Under the pieces are notes generated by a model. That model was not told the origin of the DNA, did no database searches, and saw only the letters and a program-made list of their open reading frames with translations. Shown here piece after piece: positions 10,282 to 21,168 of a DNA stretch of 64,000 nucleotides. Every line of letters begins with the position of its first letter. The first letter of the stretch is position 1. Location: assembly GCF_030144855.1 (NCBI RefSeq), contig NC_082707.1, positions 30,752,001-30,816,000 on the forward strand. The letters are read 5' to 3'. The DNA is from Hypanus sabinus. Lineage: Eukaryota. Made by a program: the position numbers and the translations under genes.

Positions 10282-11961
10282 GCATCTTTTAAACTTGCAA
10301 TCTTGACTATAAATGTAGAAGTTAAAGCAAAAGTTGGAAACACAATTAGCCTTTTGTTTCTATTTGGGAGAGTATTACCTTGGAAGAATACCATGTAATT
10401 TATCACAAGTCCTTCTAACTCCTATGAATTTTGTCCAGTGTTTTACCATGTGCACTAAATGAGCTTATGCAGTCAGCTTCGTGGGTGACTTAATTTAAAG
10501 ATGTATAGCATTTTAAATTGTGTTCAAATTTTGGTGATTGTGGCGTCATGTCTGAAGGTTGAGAACAAAACAAGAAATCATTCCAAATCCCAGGACATAA
10601 AATGTGAACATTTTAACATCGTGAAATGTGGCTACATATGGAGTTCTTGTTCTTGCGTCTGGGAAGTAGAAGCAGCGAGAGAGTAGATTTTCTGCTATGG
10701 GTGCATTTGGTGATCTAGATGTCATTTTCATTTGTTTTATTTTCTCAAGTTTCTCCTCGAACTCACTTAAGTATCATCAAATGCATATAATATTTCAGTA
10801 AGAGCTTTTTGCTTTAAATTATGCTCTTTTATCATGATTGAGTGGTAACAGTGTTGATTCATTAATCTGGCTCAGGTTCATGCCAAAAATAAGCATTTTA
10901 ATCTGTTTCCTTACCACCTGCAAATAACTGAATTCTAAAAAATTAGCTGTTTTTAAAAATAACCAGAATCCTTTGCTACTTGTAAGTTGTTCTTCAGTAA
11001 ATTGCTAGACTCAAAAATCACGTACAACTTGCCTGTTATAGCTGTAGACAGAACACCAGCTTAATTTAACAACTCTGAGAAGCACCACAAGCGGAACCAA
11101 TCTGAAGAAGCTTACAGTGGTTCTGTTGATTTGTTCTGTGAATGTGGTCCGTATTGGCTAATGGTGCAATGATTTTTCAGTCGGTCCTAATTTGCTCTTG
11201 GCTTTCCTCACTTTAATAATAACTTGACAATATTGTGATATACAAGTATGCACAACTGAAAAGAGATTCTGGGCTCACCTTCCTGTAAAATCATGGCATG
11301 ACTTTAAGTAATTTACAAGTTTTTACTTTTCCATTGGTCTGGATTTGGGAAACAGGACTCCTGCAGCTTTGTGGGCATTGCATTGATGAGAAAGGAATGA
11401 GTGTTAGCAAATATACAGTTAAATGAAAGAAGTGAACCGCAAATCAATCATGGAGTAATTTTGGTTGTGTTGTTCTCAGTCGACCAGAAATAGACACTGG
11501 GGGTAAGGAGTGCTTTGAACAAATTTGTATAATTATGTAACAATATTACATCTCGGTAATATTTAATTATCCCAGGAGTGATAACAGAACTTATATTGTC
11601 TTACTACATAAAACTAATTTTTCAGATCCAACATTAATATTTTATTTTGTAATGATACTGTCCTTATTTTTTTTACGCTCCTTAGGAATAATGTTTCTGC
11701 TGATGCAGAAACATGTCCTTTACCTCTAACCAACACTTGTACCATTAAGTGTAAAGTTCCTTTGCCACAGTTCAACTTTGTGGCTTGTGATCTGTGCCCT
11801 GCTTTTTTGAGAATAGGGGTAGAGTATATTCTTGAATGATACTTGTCCAGTGCACCTCTAACTTTTTCTTGTTCTGTTTTAACTTTCCATACCCACTTCA
11901 TAAGTTTACTGCTGAAAAACAATTGTGCAATGTGAACCTTATTATTTTTCTGTTTTTTAAA

Positions 11962-11967
11962 AATAAA
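11962..11967 (+). terminator. Candidate ZNF639 polyadenylation signal
   Basis: AATAAA downstream of the stop in AT-rich, TE-free sequence; alternatives at 13509 (AATAAA) and 13912 (ATTAAA). Confidence 0.4.
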
Positions 11968-14744
11968 TTAAAGAAGCATCATTTCTAGTGGAGGAAAGTC
12001 ATTTGGATTTGGTCTGGTCTATGTAACGAATTGAAGTTAAGTGGCCTGCATTCAGCTGGTCAGAACATAGCTTAGCTGTGTGGACACAATGGTAAAATGC
12101 ATACTTTGAAGATGATACGGAAATAATATCTGCTTCTAGTGGCTTCAAGAGGTCCATCAGAACATTTTGGCTAATTTTCTGATGATTTGCTGACATCCAT
12201 TAATCCCATTAATCTTGATGGGATTTAGTTCACAGACTACATGACAAACTTGTACCACTGTTCTAAAGTGGTCTGCGTGAAATGTTGCTCTCTTCCTCTT
12301 ATCTCTATCTTGGTTGAGTTTGTTGTACAGTGATGAAGATTGTGTCAGTGATGGAGTAAATTATATCACTTTTGAAATAAGCTTTACCAGCTCAGTAGAG
12401 ACTATGGTAACTGATTCATTGTATTCAGTGTGATTATGCTGTTACATGTGTGAAGTGCTCAACTTGGCTTTGAATTCTTTACATTTATGTGGAAAAGTGA
12501 CCTATTCTTAAGACTTAGGTGTCACATGCACATGCAATTGTGTACTTAATTGAGCTGAACTGTATCATGCATGTACTGTGCCATATCAGACAAAGGAAGT
12601 ACATTCTTTAACAAAATATGGGACAAAATCCATTAACTCATTTTAAAATACTATGTACTTCAGATCAGTCTGACTGACAACTTCCTATTCTCTAAAGCTG
12701 TGCAAGATTTTACGAAGAGTTTGTTCAGCTCCATAAGTAAGAGTACCCTTCTAAAGTGAATCATAATTTACCCAATCAGGCAGAAGACAGAAGTATAACA
12801 ACAGAAAATTACGTTATTAGACAAATTGACAATCTTGTGATGAGCACTGGCAACAGAAAATGGTCTTGGCATGGACACCATTTAATGTGAAGAGAAAAAA
12901 ACTACATCAAAACACTTAATTTGAATTCAAAACCAGTATAGCATTTACAGTTTAAGCACAGACTATGCACAGTGATTTTATTTAAATGATATTGATGGGA
13001 TCTGTAAATGTATTAAACTTTACAATTTTAAAACGTGTCAACTTACTCATATTGAAGATCTAATACAAAGTAATTCTTGCAATAGTTAACAGAAGGACTG
13101 GAGTTTCTTTTACATGCCATGTGTTTTGTGCTACAAATTTACTGTTTTAAAAAAATATAACCCTTCTCCCAAAATTACAGAGTTTTAAAGCTTGTATAGT
13201 TGTTAGCGACTATAATATTCAGCTGGAATTTTATCTTGTAGATAATGGCTGAATGAGCTGACAAATTTGATTTGAACTTGGTAGATCAAATTTATTCCCA
13301 AATGTAATCACTTTGCTCTGCAGCTCAGAGCAAATTAATTCTTTTGATACACAAGCTCATGAGTGTATAATGTAAAACCTAATGTGATTCAGTGATTGGT
13401 AGTAATATAACCCAGACCCTTCAAAAGTAAATGGGATTTTAGAAGGGGAGCTAAATGTTGTAGTGGAATTGCGTTAAGATAGTGGTGAAGGAAGTGATAC
13501 AAATTTGAAATAAACACTCGCTTACTGACCTTTGGTTACTCTTTCATTGTGTTAAGTGATTACACTCTTAAATGCACAATATGCAAAATGTAAATTAGGA
13601 TTCTCAGTCATAGGTTCTCTTGAATTTCTGTGGGAAAGTGACAACTGCCTTACACCATTAAAGTATTTGATATCTTGTACATGCAATATTAATTGACAGT
13701 TTGTAAAGATCTGGCAAGTATCTTGGTAATTATTTTTGTACATCCCTGTTCTTGATTGTGTTTAAATGAGAAGGCATGTAAAATATTGTAGCATTGGATA
13801 GTAATCTATCAAATTAACTGACAAAGTTGTGGAATAGATATTTTTAGTGTGAGCAGGAAATATGCTGTAATCTGTTGTGGAAGCTATACTGTAGTATTAT
13901 AAGATAATGGTATTAAAATATTTTTTGCACTTTGACATGATTCTTCATTTTAAACACCACAATCAATTTAGAAATTCTGCATAGTTATTGCAATTTCTAG
14001 ATATTTGCTCACCACAACATACTTAGAAAACATGCTTATTCTAGTGAAAGTGCTTCACAAAAGTGTTATCAAACAAAATTTGGCCAAACTCTATGCGGTG
14101 TTAGGGCAGATGACTAAATACTTGGTGTATTTTGGGGGAGGATAAAAATGTATAAATTTGCAGTGTGGTGATTGGTATCCAGAGAGGCATAAATATTGGT
14201 AAAGAAGATTAATGCTGGCCACCTTGGAAATTATGCCATGAGATCTTTTCTAGCTGAGATTGGGCTTTGATTTAATGGCACATGTATGGGGAATTCACCT
14301 GAAATACAGGATTCCCTGAATATTGCACAGTCAGCGTAGATCATTGTGGACATCTCTGGAAGAGGAAATATAAGAATAACCTGTTTCTGAACCACATGTG
14401 CTAGGGCCTGAGCATTGACTGATACCTTACAGCTGAGATCCATTGGCTGGTCCCTGTGCTGCATGAATGGGCAAGCAGAAGTTCAGAAGCTGCTCTGTGT
14501 TCTTTTACAGCTGTGTGCCCTGTATTGTAAAGAATAATAGTATGGGCAGAAGGTGAGGTACCTGCATTTGCTTGACAATTAACATGGCCAGTGGGAAAGC
14601 AAGAAATGGGAACAGGACAAAGAGAACTTGATCCAATTATGCCATTCAATGTGATTTTGTATATTTAAAAATCCACTTTATTGCCCTATCCCCATATTTC
14701 TTGATGACCAAAATCTCTTCATGTCAGAATACAGATCTATAATT

Positions 14745-15345
14745 CCTTGGGAGTGGTGTCACAGGTACATAGAGTTGTAAGGAGAGCTTTTGGCCAGTTG
14801 GCCTACATAAATCAAAATACTGAGTACAGGAGTTGGAATGTTATGTTGAAGTATAGACATTGGTGTGGCCAAATTTGGAGTACTGTGTGCTGTTCAAGGC
14901 ACCTACCTACAGGAAAGATACCACTATGACTGAAAGAGTACAGAGAAAATTTTCAAGGAATTTGCTGGGATATGAGGCCCTGAGGTTATAGGGAAAGGTT
15001 GAACAGTTTAAGAGAATGAGAGGAGATCTTGTAGAGGTGTACAAAATTATGAGGAGTATAAAGGTAAATACATATACAGGCTTTTCCCTCTGATGCTAGG
15101 TGAGACTGGAACTAGAAGTCATAGGTTTTGGGTGAAGATGAAATATTTAAGAGGAACCTCTGCACTCGGAGGGTGTTGAAAGTGTGAAATGAGCTACCTT
15201 AGTGGAAGTGTTTGATGCAAGTTCAATTGCAACATTTAAGAGATGTTTGGAAGGCTATGGTCCAGGTACTGGTAGATGGGATAGGCAGAAGTTGACATAG
15301 ACCAGATGGGCTGAAGCGTCTGTTTCTGTGTTGTACTCTTTGACT
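14745..15345 (+). mobile_element. Old CR1 3' fragment
   Basis: Frameshifted RT C-terminus (RMRGDLVEVYKIM) and CR1 3'UTR. Confidence 0.75.
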
Positions 15346-15512
15346 CTTATAAAACCAAAAAATGAATTTATACATGCTATGTACTTCAAAAGACATCCTT
15401 GTCTGTGTTAGCTGATGCATCCAAGCCAATAATTAATGAAAATTTTAATCGAGCATCTTTTAGTATCTCAGGGCAATGAAACGCTTTTAAGAGCGAATGA
15501 AATAATCTTAAA

Positions 15513-16780
15513 CTATAAGACATAGGAGCAGAATTAGGCTATTCACCCCTTCAAGTCTGCTCTGTCATTCCATCATGGCTGATTTATTATCCATCTCAGC
15601 TGCATTCTCTTGCCTTCTCCCCATAACTTTTGATGTCCTGGATAATTAAGAACCCATCAACCTCCACTTTGAATACAATACTCAAATGACTTGGCCTCCA
15701 TAATCGTCTATGGTGAATTTCACAAATTCACAACTCTCTGGCTAAATAAATTCCTCTTAACTCTGTTCTAAATGATCATCCCTCTATTCTGAACTGTCTC
15801 CTCTAGTCCTAGACTTTCTCACTACAGGAAACATACTCTCCAGATCCACTCTATCTAGGACTTCTAATACTCACTAGGTTTCAGTGAGGTTCCCCCGCAT
15901 TCTTCTGAACTCCAGTGCGTTCAGGCCCAGAGCCATCAAGTGCTCCTAATACATTAACACTTTCATTCCCAGAATCATTCCAGTTAACTGCCCCGGGCCC
16001 TCTCCAATGACAGCACGTTTTTTTTAAGATAAGGAGCCCAAAACTGCTCCCAATACTCAAAATGGTGTCTGACCAATGCCTTATAAAGCCTCAGCGTTAC
16101 ATTAGAACATCTGAAAGATTTTTGACAGCAGGCCATTTGACCCAACACAAAGCTTGCCAAAGTCCTATCACGTAGTGTGTTGAAACAACTATCGAATTTA
16201 GATTTGAAAGTCTCCAAGTTACTACTCTCAACTACACAACTAGGTAGTTTGTTCCATGTGTCCACAACTTGCTGAGTAAAGAACTGCTTCCTGATGTTAG
16301 TCTGAAATCTCCACTTATGCTCCTGTATCCTCGTTGACGGATTAATTTTGAAGTAGTAGCTGGCATCCACCTTGCTTATACCCTTAATAATTTTGAACAC
16401 TTTTATCATGTGTCCTCTCGTTCTACGTCTACTTGGGATAAAAAGATTTAATTATTTCAACCTTTCTTCACAGCTCATGCCCTGCATACCTGGAATGAGT
16501 CTCGGCACCCTTCTCTGAACTCTCTCCAGTGCCTTCACATCCCTCACAAAATATGGAAATCAAAATAATACACAGTATTCAAGGTGTGGCCTCACAAGCA
16601 CATCCTACAGCTTAAGGAGAATGTCTAGACTTGAACTCGACGGAGCGCATTATATAGCGTTCTGTTAGCCTTCCGATTTGCTTCCGGTCATTGTCAAGGT
16701 GTTGATAGTGATGAATCTACCAGGGCACCCAAATGATTCTCATGCAGTGCACTTGTATGCTTGTATCTAATATTTCTACT
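15513..16780 (-). mobile_element. Two abutting CR1 3' fragments (junction near 16103)
   Basis: LYKALVRHHFEYWEQFWAP and IKVFKIIKG...VVDTWNKLP; two separate 3' tails. Confidence 0.8.
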
Positions 16781-16784
16781 TCGG

Positions 16785-17110
16785 GTAGATGGAGTTCGTC
16801 AGCCTGGGAAGGCAGTCCATCTGAGAGAGGGAAAACTCAGATTTCAAACCTTCGCTGCCTTGCGGCCATAACCACTCATGGGAAAGGCTTCAGGAGTAAA
16901 CCCTGAGGACAAATCCGGAGCTGGAGTCCCTAAGGCAGTCCGACGTTGCCTTCAACCTCGTTCTGTCAACTCCTGCGACGACACTGGTGCCAAGCTGTAT
17001 GGGCCCTTGCCCTTCCCTTGAACAACATCGGTGGCATGGAGAGGGGAGACTTGCTGATGGTCTTCCATACAACCTTGCCCAGGCTTGTATCCTGGAAACC
17101 ATTCCAGGCG
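16785..17110 (+). mobile_element. RTE-derived non-autonomous element / 5'UTR (AviRTE/BovB-like)
   Basis: GGAAGGCAGTCCATCT..GGAAAACTCAGATTTCAAACC..GCTGCCTTGCGG..GGGAAAGGCTTC resembles recalled RTE 5' ends. Confidence 0.55.
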
Positions 17111-17229
17111 CAGAATCGGGTATATATCACTTGCATACTGTCGTGAAATGTGTTGTTTTTCGTGCATTGCATGGATTAGGATATTAAGAAGGGATTTTAG
17201 GAAGATTTCCTTTTCATCTGGAGGAGGTG

Positions 17230-17489
17230 GTTTGAACCGGCTATTGAAACAACCACTTTAGCTCATTGGGATAAAGACAACCCGCGGACGGGGAATCAGA
17301 ATCTGACGGCCCACGAAAGCCCGGACATCTCCGACCGAGACACCGCACGGAACCGGAAATACGCGCCGGGGATTGAGCCTGTTGGCGGGAGTTTGCCGGT
17401 AACGATCAGTGCCTCTTTATCCCCGTTAAAAGCCCGGGTGCTGGGACTACCTGCCGAACTGATCCATCCCGGGCCGGAGCAGGAGGCAG
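17230..17489 (+). promoter_or_regulatory. RFC4: RFC4 promoter and non-coding exon 1
   Basis: CpG-rich island with ETS CCGGAA (17353-17358) and E2F-type TTGGCGGGA (17382-17390), as expected of a replication gene; donor GCAG|GTTGGT after 17489. Confidence 0.65.
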
Positions 17490-18132
17490 GTTGGTCTATT
17501 GGCCGCCCGTGGTGGGAGAGGCGCAATGTGAATGTCTGGCCTCTGTAATGGGGTCGGGAAGGAGAGTGGGGGGTCACTGGGTTCTCGGGTGGAGTGCATG
17601 CTGTATTTTTTTTGGAGGTGAGGGGGGCAGTTCAGAAGCTGCTCTTGGGAGCCGGTATATACGAGGGTTGGGTGGGGGATGCTTCTCTAGCAGGGGTCGG
17701 ACTTGTACAATACAGTTACTGGAGTCTCGGGTCTGTGAATGGAATTGGGAAATAATGTATGACGTCAAGGGTTAATGGATGCACTCTGGTTGTGGATGTT
17801 GTTGGGGATGTTAATATTTATTATGAAGTTCCTATTGTGCATTTGCAAAAAGTAATGTTTAAAAAGAATCCTGTAATTTATCTTTAAGCCATAATGCGTC
17901 ACCATGCAGTGCCTCAGCATTTATATTTCCAGATGTTTCCTTGACTTGTGATATAGAAACTATCCTAAGAGCAGCAAAATGTGTTCTTTAAGGAACACCT
18001 GACCCTTTCAGGCAGCTGGATTTTCTGGTCACTGCTGATTCACTCTGGTAGAATACTTGACTCAATTTGATGTTTCAAGATTTGTGAGTGCAACATTTGT
18101 CACAGTCATGAAGAAGAGTCTTGGGCTGAAAC

Positions 18133-19285
18133 ATAAGACATAGAAACAGAATTAGGCCATTTGGCCCATTGAGTCTGCTCCACCGTTCAATCATGGCTGA
18201 TGAGGCCCACTTCCCAGCCTTCTCCACATTAACTTTGATGTCATGTCCAATCAAGAACCTATCAAGCTCTGTTTTAAATACACCAAATGACTTGGTCTCC
18301 ACAGCTGTCTGTGGTAATACATTCCACAAATTCACCACCCTCTGGCTAATGAAATTTCTCTGCATCTGTTTTAAATGGATGTCCCTCATTCCTGAGGCTG
18401 TGCCCTCTTGTCTTAGATTCCCCCACCATAGGAAACATCCTTTCCACATTCAAAAGGTTTAAATGAGATCTGACCTCATCCTTCTAAATTCCAGTGAGTT
18501 CAGACCCAGAGCCATCAAAAGTTTCTCATATGATAACTCTTTCTTTCCCGGAATCATCCTTGTGAACCTCCTCTGGACCCTCTCCAATGCCAGCACATCT
18601 TTTTTAAGATGAGGAGCCCAGAACTGTTCACAATACTCAAGGTGAGGCCTCACCAGTGCCTTATAAAGCCTCAGCATCACATTACTCATCTTGTATTCAA
18701 GCCCTCTTGAAATGAATGCTAACATGGCATTTGCCTTCCTTACCACCCACTCTACCTGCGTTGACCTTCAGGGTGTTCTGCACAAGGGCTCCCAAGTCCC
18801 TGTGCATCTCAGACATTTCGGTTTTCTCCCCATTTAGAAAATAGTCTGCATATTTATTTCTACTACCAAAGTGCATGACCATGCATGTTGCATCATTGTA
18901 TTTCATTTGCCACTTTCTTGCCCATTTCCTAATGTCTTAAGTCCTTCAGCAGCCTACCTATTTCCTCAACAGTACCTGCCCCTCCACCAATCCTCATATC
19001 ATCTGCAAACTTGGCAACAAAGCCATCTATTCCATCATCTAAATCATTTTTATACAGTATAAAAAGGGGTATTTCCAAAACCAACCCCTGCGGGATACCA
19101 CTTGTCGTTGGCAGCCAACCAGATAAGGATCCTTTTATTCCCACTTGCTGCTTCCTACCACTCAGCCATTGCTTTAACCATGTTAGTAACTTTCCTGTAA
19201 TACCACGGGCTCTTAACTTGGTAAGCAGCCTCATAGGCCTCCTGAAAATCCAAAATATTCAACATCCATCACATCCCCTTTACCT
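18133..19285 (-). mobile_element. CR1 fragment, RFC4 intron 1
   Basis: Fragmented RT ORFs ([20 protein letters not shown]). Confidence 0.9.
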
Positions 19286-19294
19286 ATCAATATC

Positions 19295-20420
19295 TACCCC
19301 ATTTGTTTGAAGAAAGTGGGAGGAGCCAAAGGAAAAATTATTTAGAGGATAAGTTCTGCTAGGCGGAGGAGAGTGGTGGTGCAGGGGAACTGGTTAGGCC
19401 TGTTGTAGCTATGGGCACTCAGATGGGTCCCAGGTATGTCTACCTGTTTGTCAACTAACTGGAACAGTCTATTTTCCAAGCCTACACCGGTGGCTGTTCT
19501 GCACTTTTCCTGTGCTACATCGACGACTGTATTGGTGCTGCTTCCTGCACCCATGATGAACTCTTCGATTTCATCCACTCTGCCTGCAACTTCCACCCTG
19601 CCCTCAAATTCAGCTGGTCCATTTTTGACACCTCCCTTTCCTTTCTCAATCTCACTGTCTATACCTCCTGAGAGAGCTTATCTGCTGATATCTGTTACAA
19701 ACCCACGGATTATCACAGCTAACTGAACTACTCCTCATCCCACCCTGCTGCTTGTAAAAACGCCATCCCCTTCTCTCAATTACTCTATCTCAGCTGCATC
19801 TTCTCTCAGGATGAGGCTTTTCATTCTAGAACGAAGGAGATGTACTCCCCGTGTGGCCTCCTGTATATCGGTGAGACCCAACATAGATTGGGAGACCACC
19901 TTGCCGAGTATCTACGCTCCATCTGCCAGGACAAGCGGGATCTGCCAGTGGCCACCCATTTTAATTCCACATCCCATTCCCATTCTGATATGTCCATCCA
20001 TGGCCTCCTCCACTGTAGTGATGAGGCCACAGTTGGGTTGGCGGAACAACACCTTGTATTCCATTTGGGTAGCCTCCAACCTGATGGCATGAACATCCAT
20101 TTCTGAAACTTCTGGTAATGCCTCCCACCGTTTCCCATCTCCTTTTCCCTCTCTCACCTGATCTCCTTGCCTGCCCATCACCTCCCTCTGGTGCTCCTCC
20201 CTGCCCCCCCCCCCTTTTTCTTTCTTCCATGGCCATACCCTCCTCTCGCCTTTTAAACGTACTGCTCATCTTTCTTTTTCTCCAGTCCTGCCGAAGGGTT
20301 TCAGCCCGAAATGTTGACTAATTTTTTCTATAGATGCTGCCTGACCTGCTGAGTTCCTCCAGCATTTTGTATATGTTGCTTTGGATTTCCAGCATCTACC
20401 GATTTTCTCTTGTTTGTGTG
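19295..20420 (+). mobile_element. Penelope-like element: RT and GIY-YIG remnants, inverted 5' piece, terminal repeat with hammerhead motif
   Basis: VAMGTQMGP; YIDD at 19516-19527; YKPTD; GLLYIGET..RLGDH..PVATHFN..QPDGMN (19840-20106); tail 20283-20420. Confidence 0.9.
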
Positions 20421-21049
20421 TTGAGATTTAAACCTGCCGCCTCTAGTTTATTATCTCATCACTTGAAATCTAGGTGGATGCCCATTGTATTACATTGTTA
20501 GTTCATGGCAAATAAAAAGACAAATTGCCCTGCAGACTGCAGTGATGGGCATCCTAAAGGCCTGGTTTCTAAAACGTGTTGCCTTGGGCATTCAGCCTGG
20601 AATTCAGAGCAATAGAAGGAAATGTAGAAATGGGAACTTATGGATTATCTCACAAAATGAAATGTCCATCATTTGCTAGAAGGAAAACAGACCTTTTTCA
20701 TCCTTGGGTCACCTCGACAAACTTTCTTGTTAGTTAATCTGAAGTGTAATTACAGTTTTATAAGGAAATAGAGCAGCCAAGTTGTACACAGCAACAACTG
20801 ACCTATCAGTTAATCGGATTTGTATGATGTTGAATGTGGCTGGGACAATAAATGAGCATTTGTACTCTTCTTCAGAGTGAGGAAGGCTCATTAATCTTTA
20901 TTGCTATCAAGTTGAGACCGGTTTTATCATGCATGGATATTGACAGCCTCTATTTTCAGTGTTGCTTTTGTTGTGTCAGTGCTTTTCTTCCCTTGGAATT
21001 TCTTAGAAGAAAAATTTAAACCTTTGTAATTTTTGCTTAAAGGTGAAAA

Positions 21050-21168
21050 ATGCAAGCCTTTTTAAAAGGAGCTGGTGTGATCGGCACTAAACCTACAAGA
21101 GAGAAAAGCGCAGCAGGAACCAGTGGCGAAAACAAGAAGCAAAAATCCGTGCCATGGGTGGAAAAATA
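21050..21168 (+). CDS. RFC4: RFC4 exon 2 (start codon)
   Basis: MQAFLKG...VPWVEK; acceptor ends 21042, donor TA|GTAAG. Confidence 0.95.
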
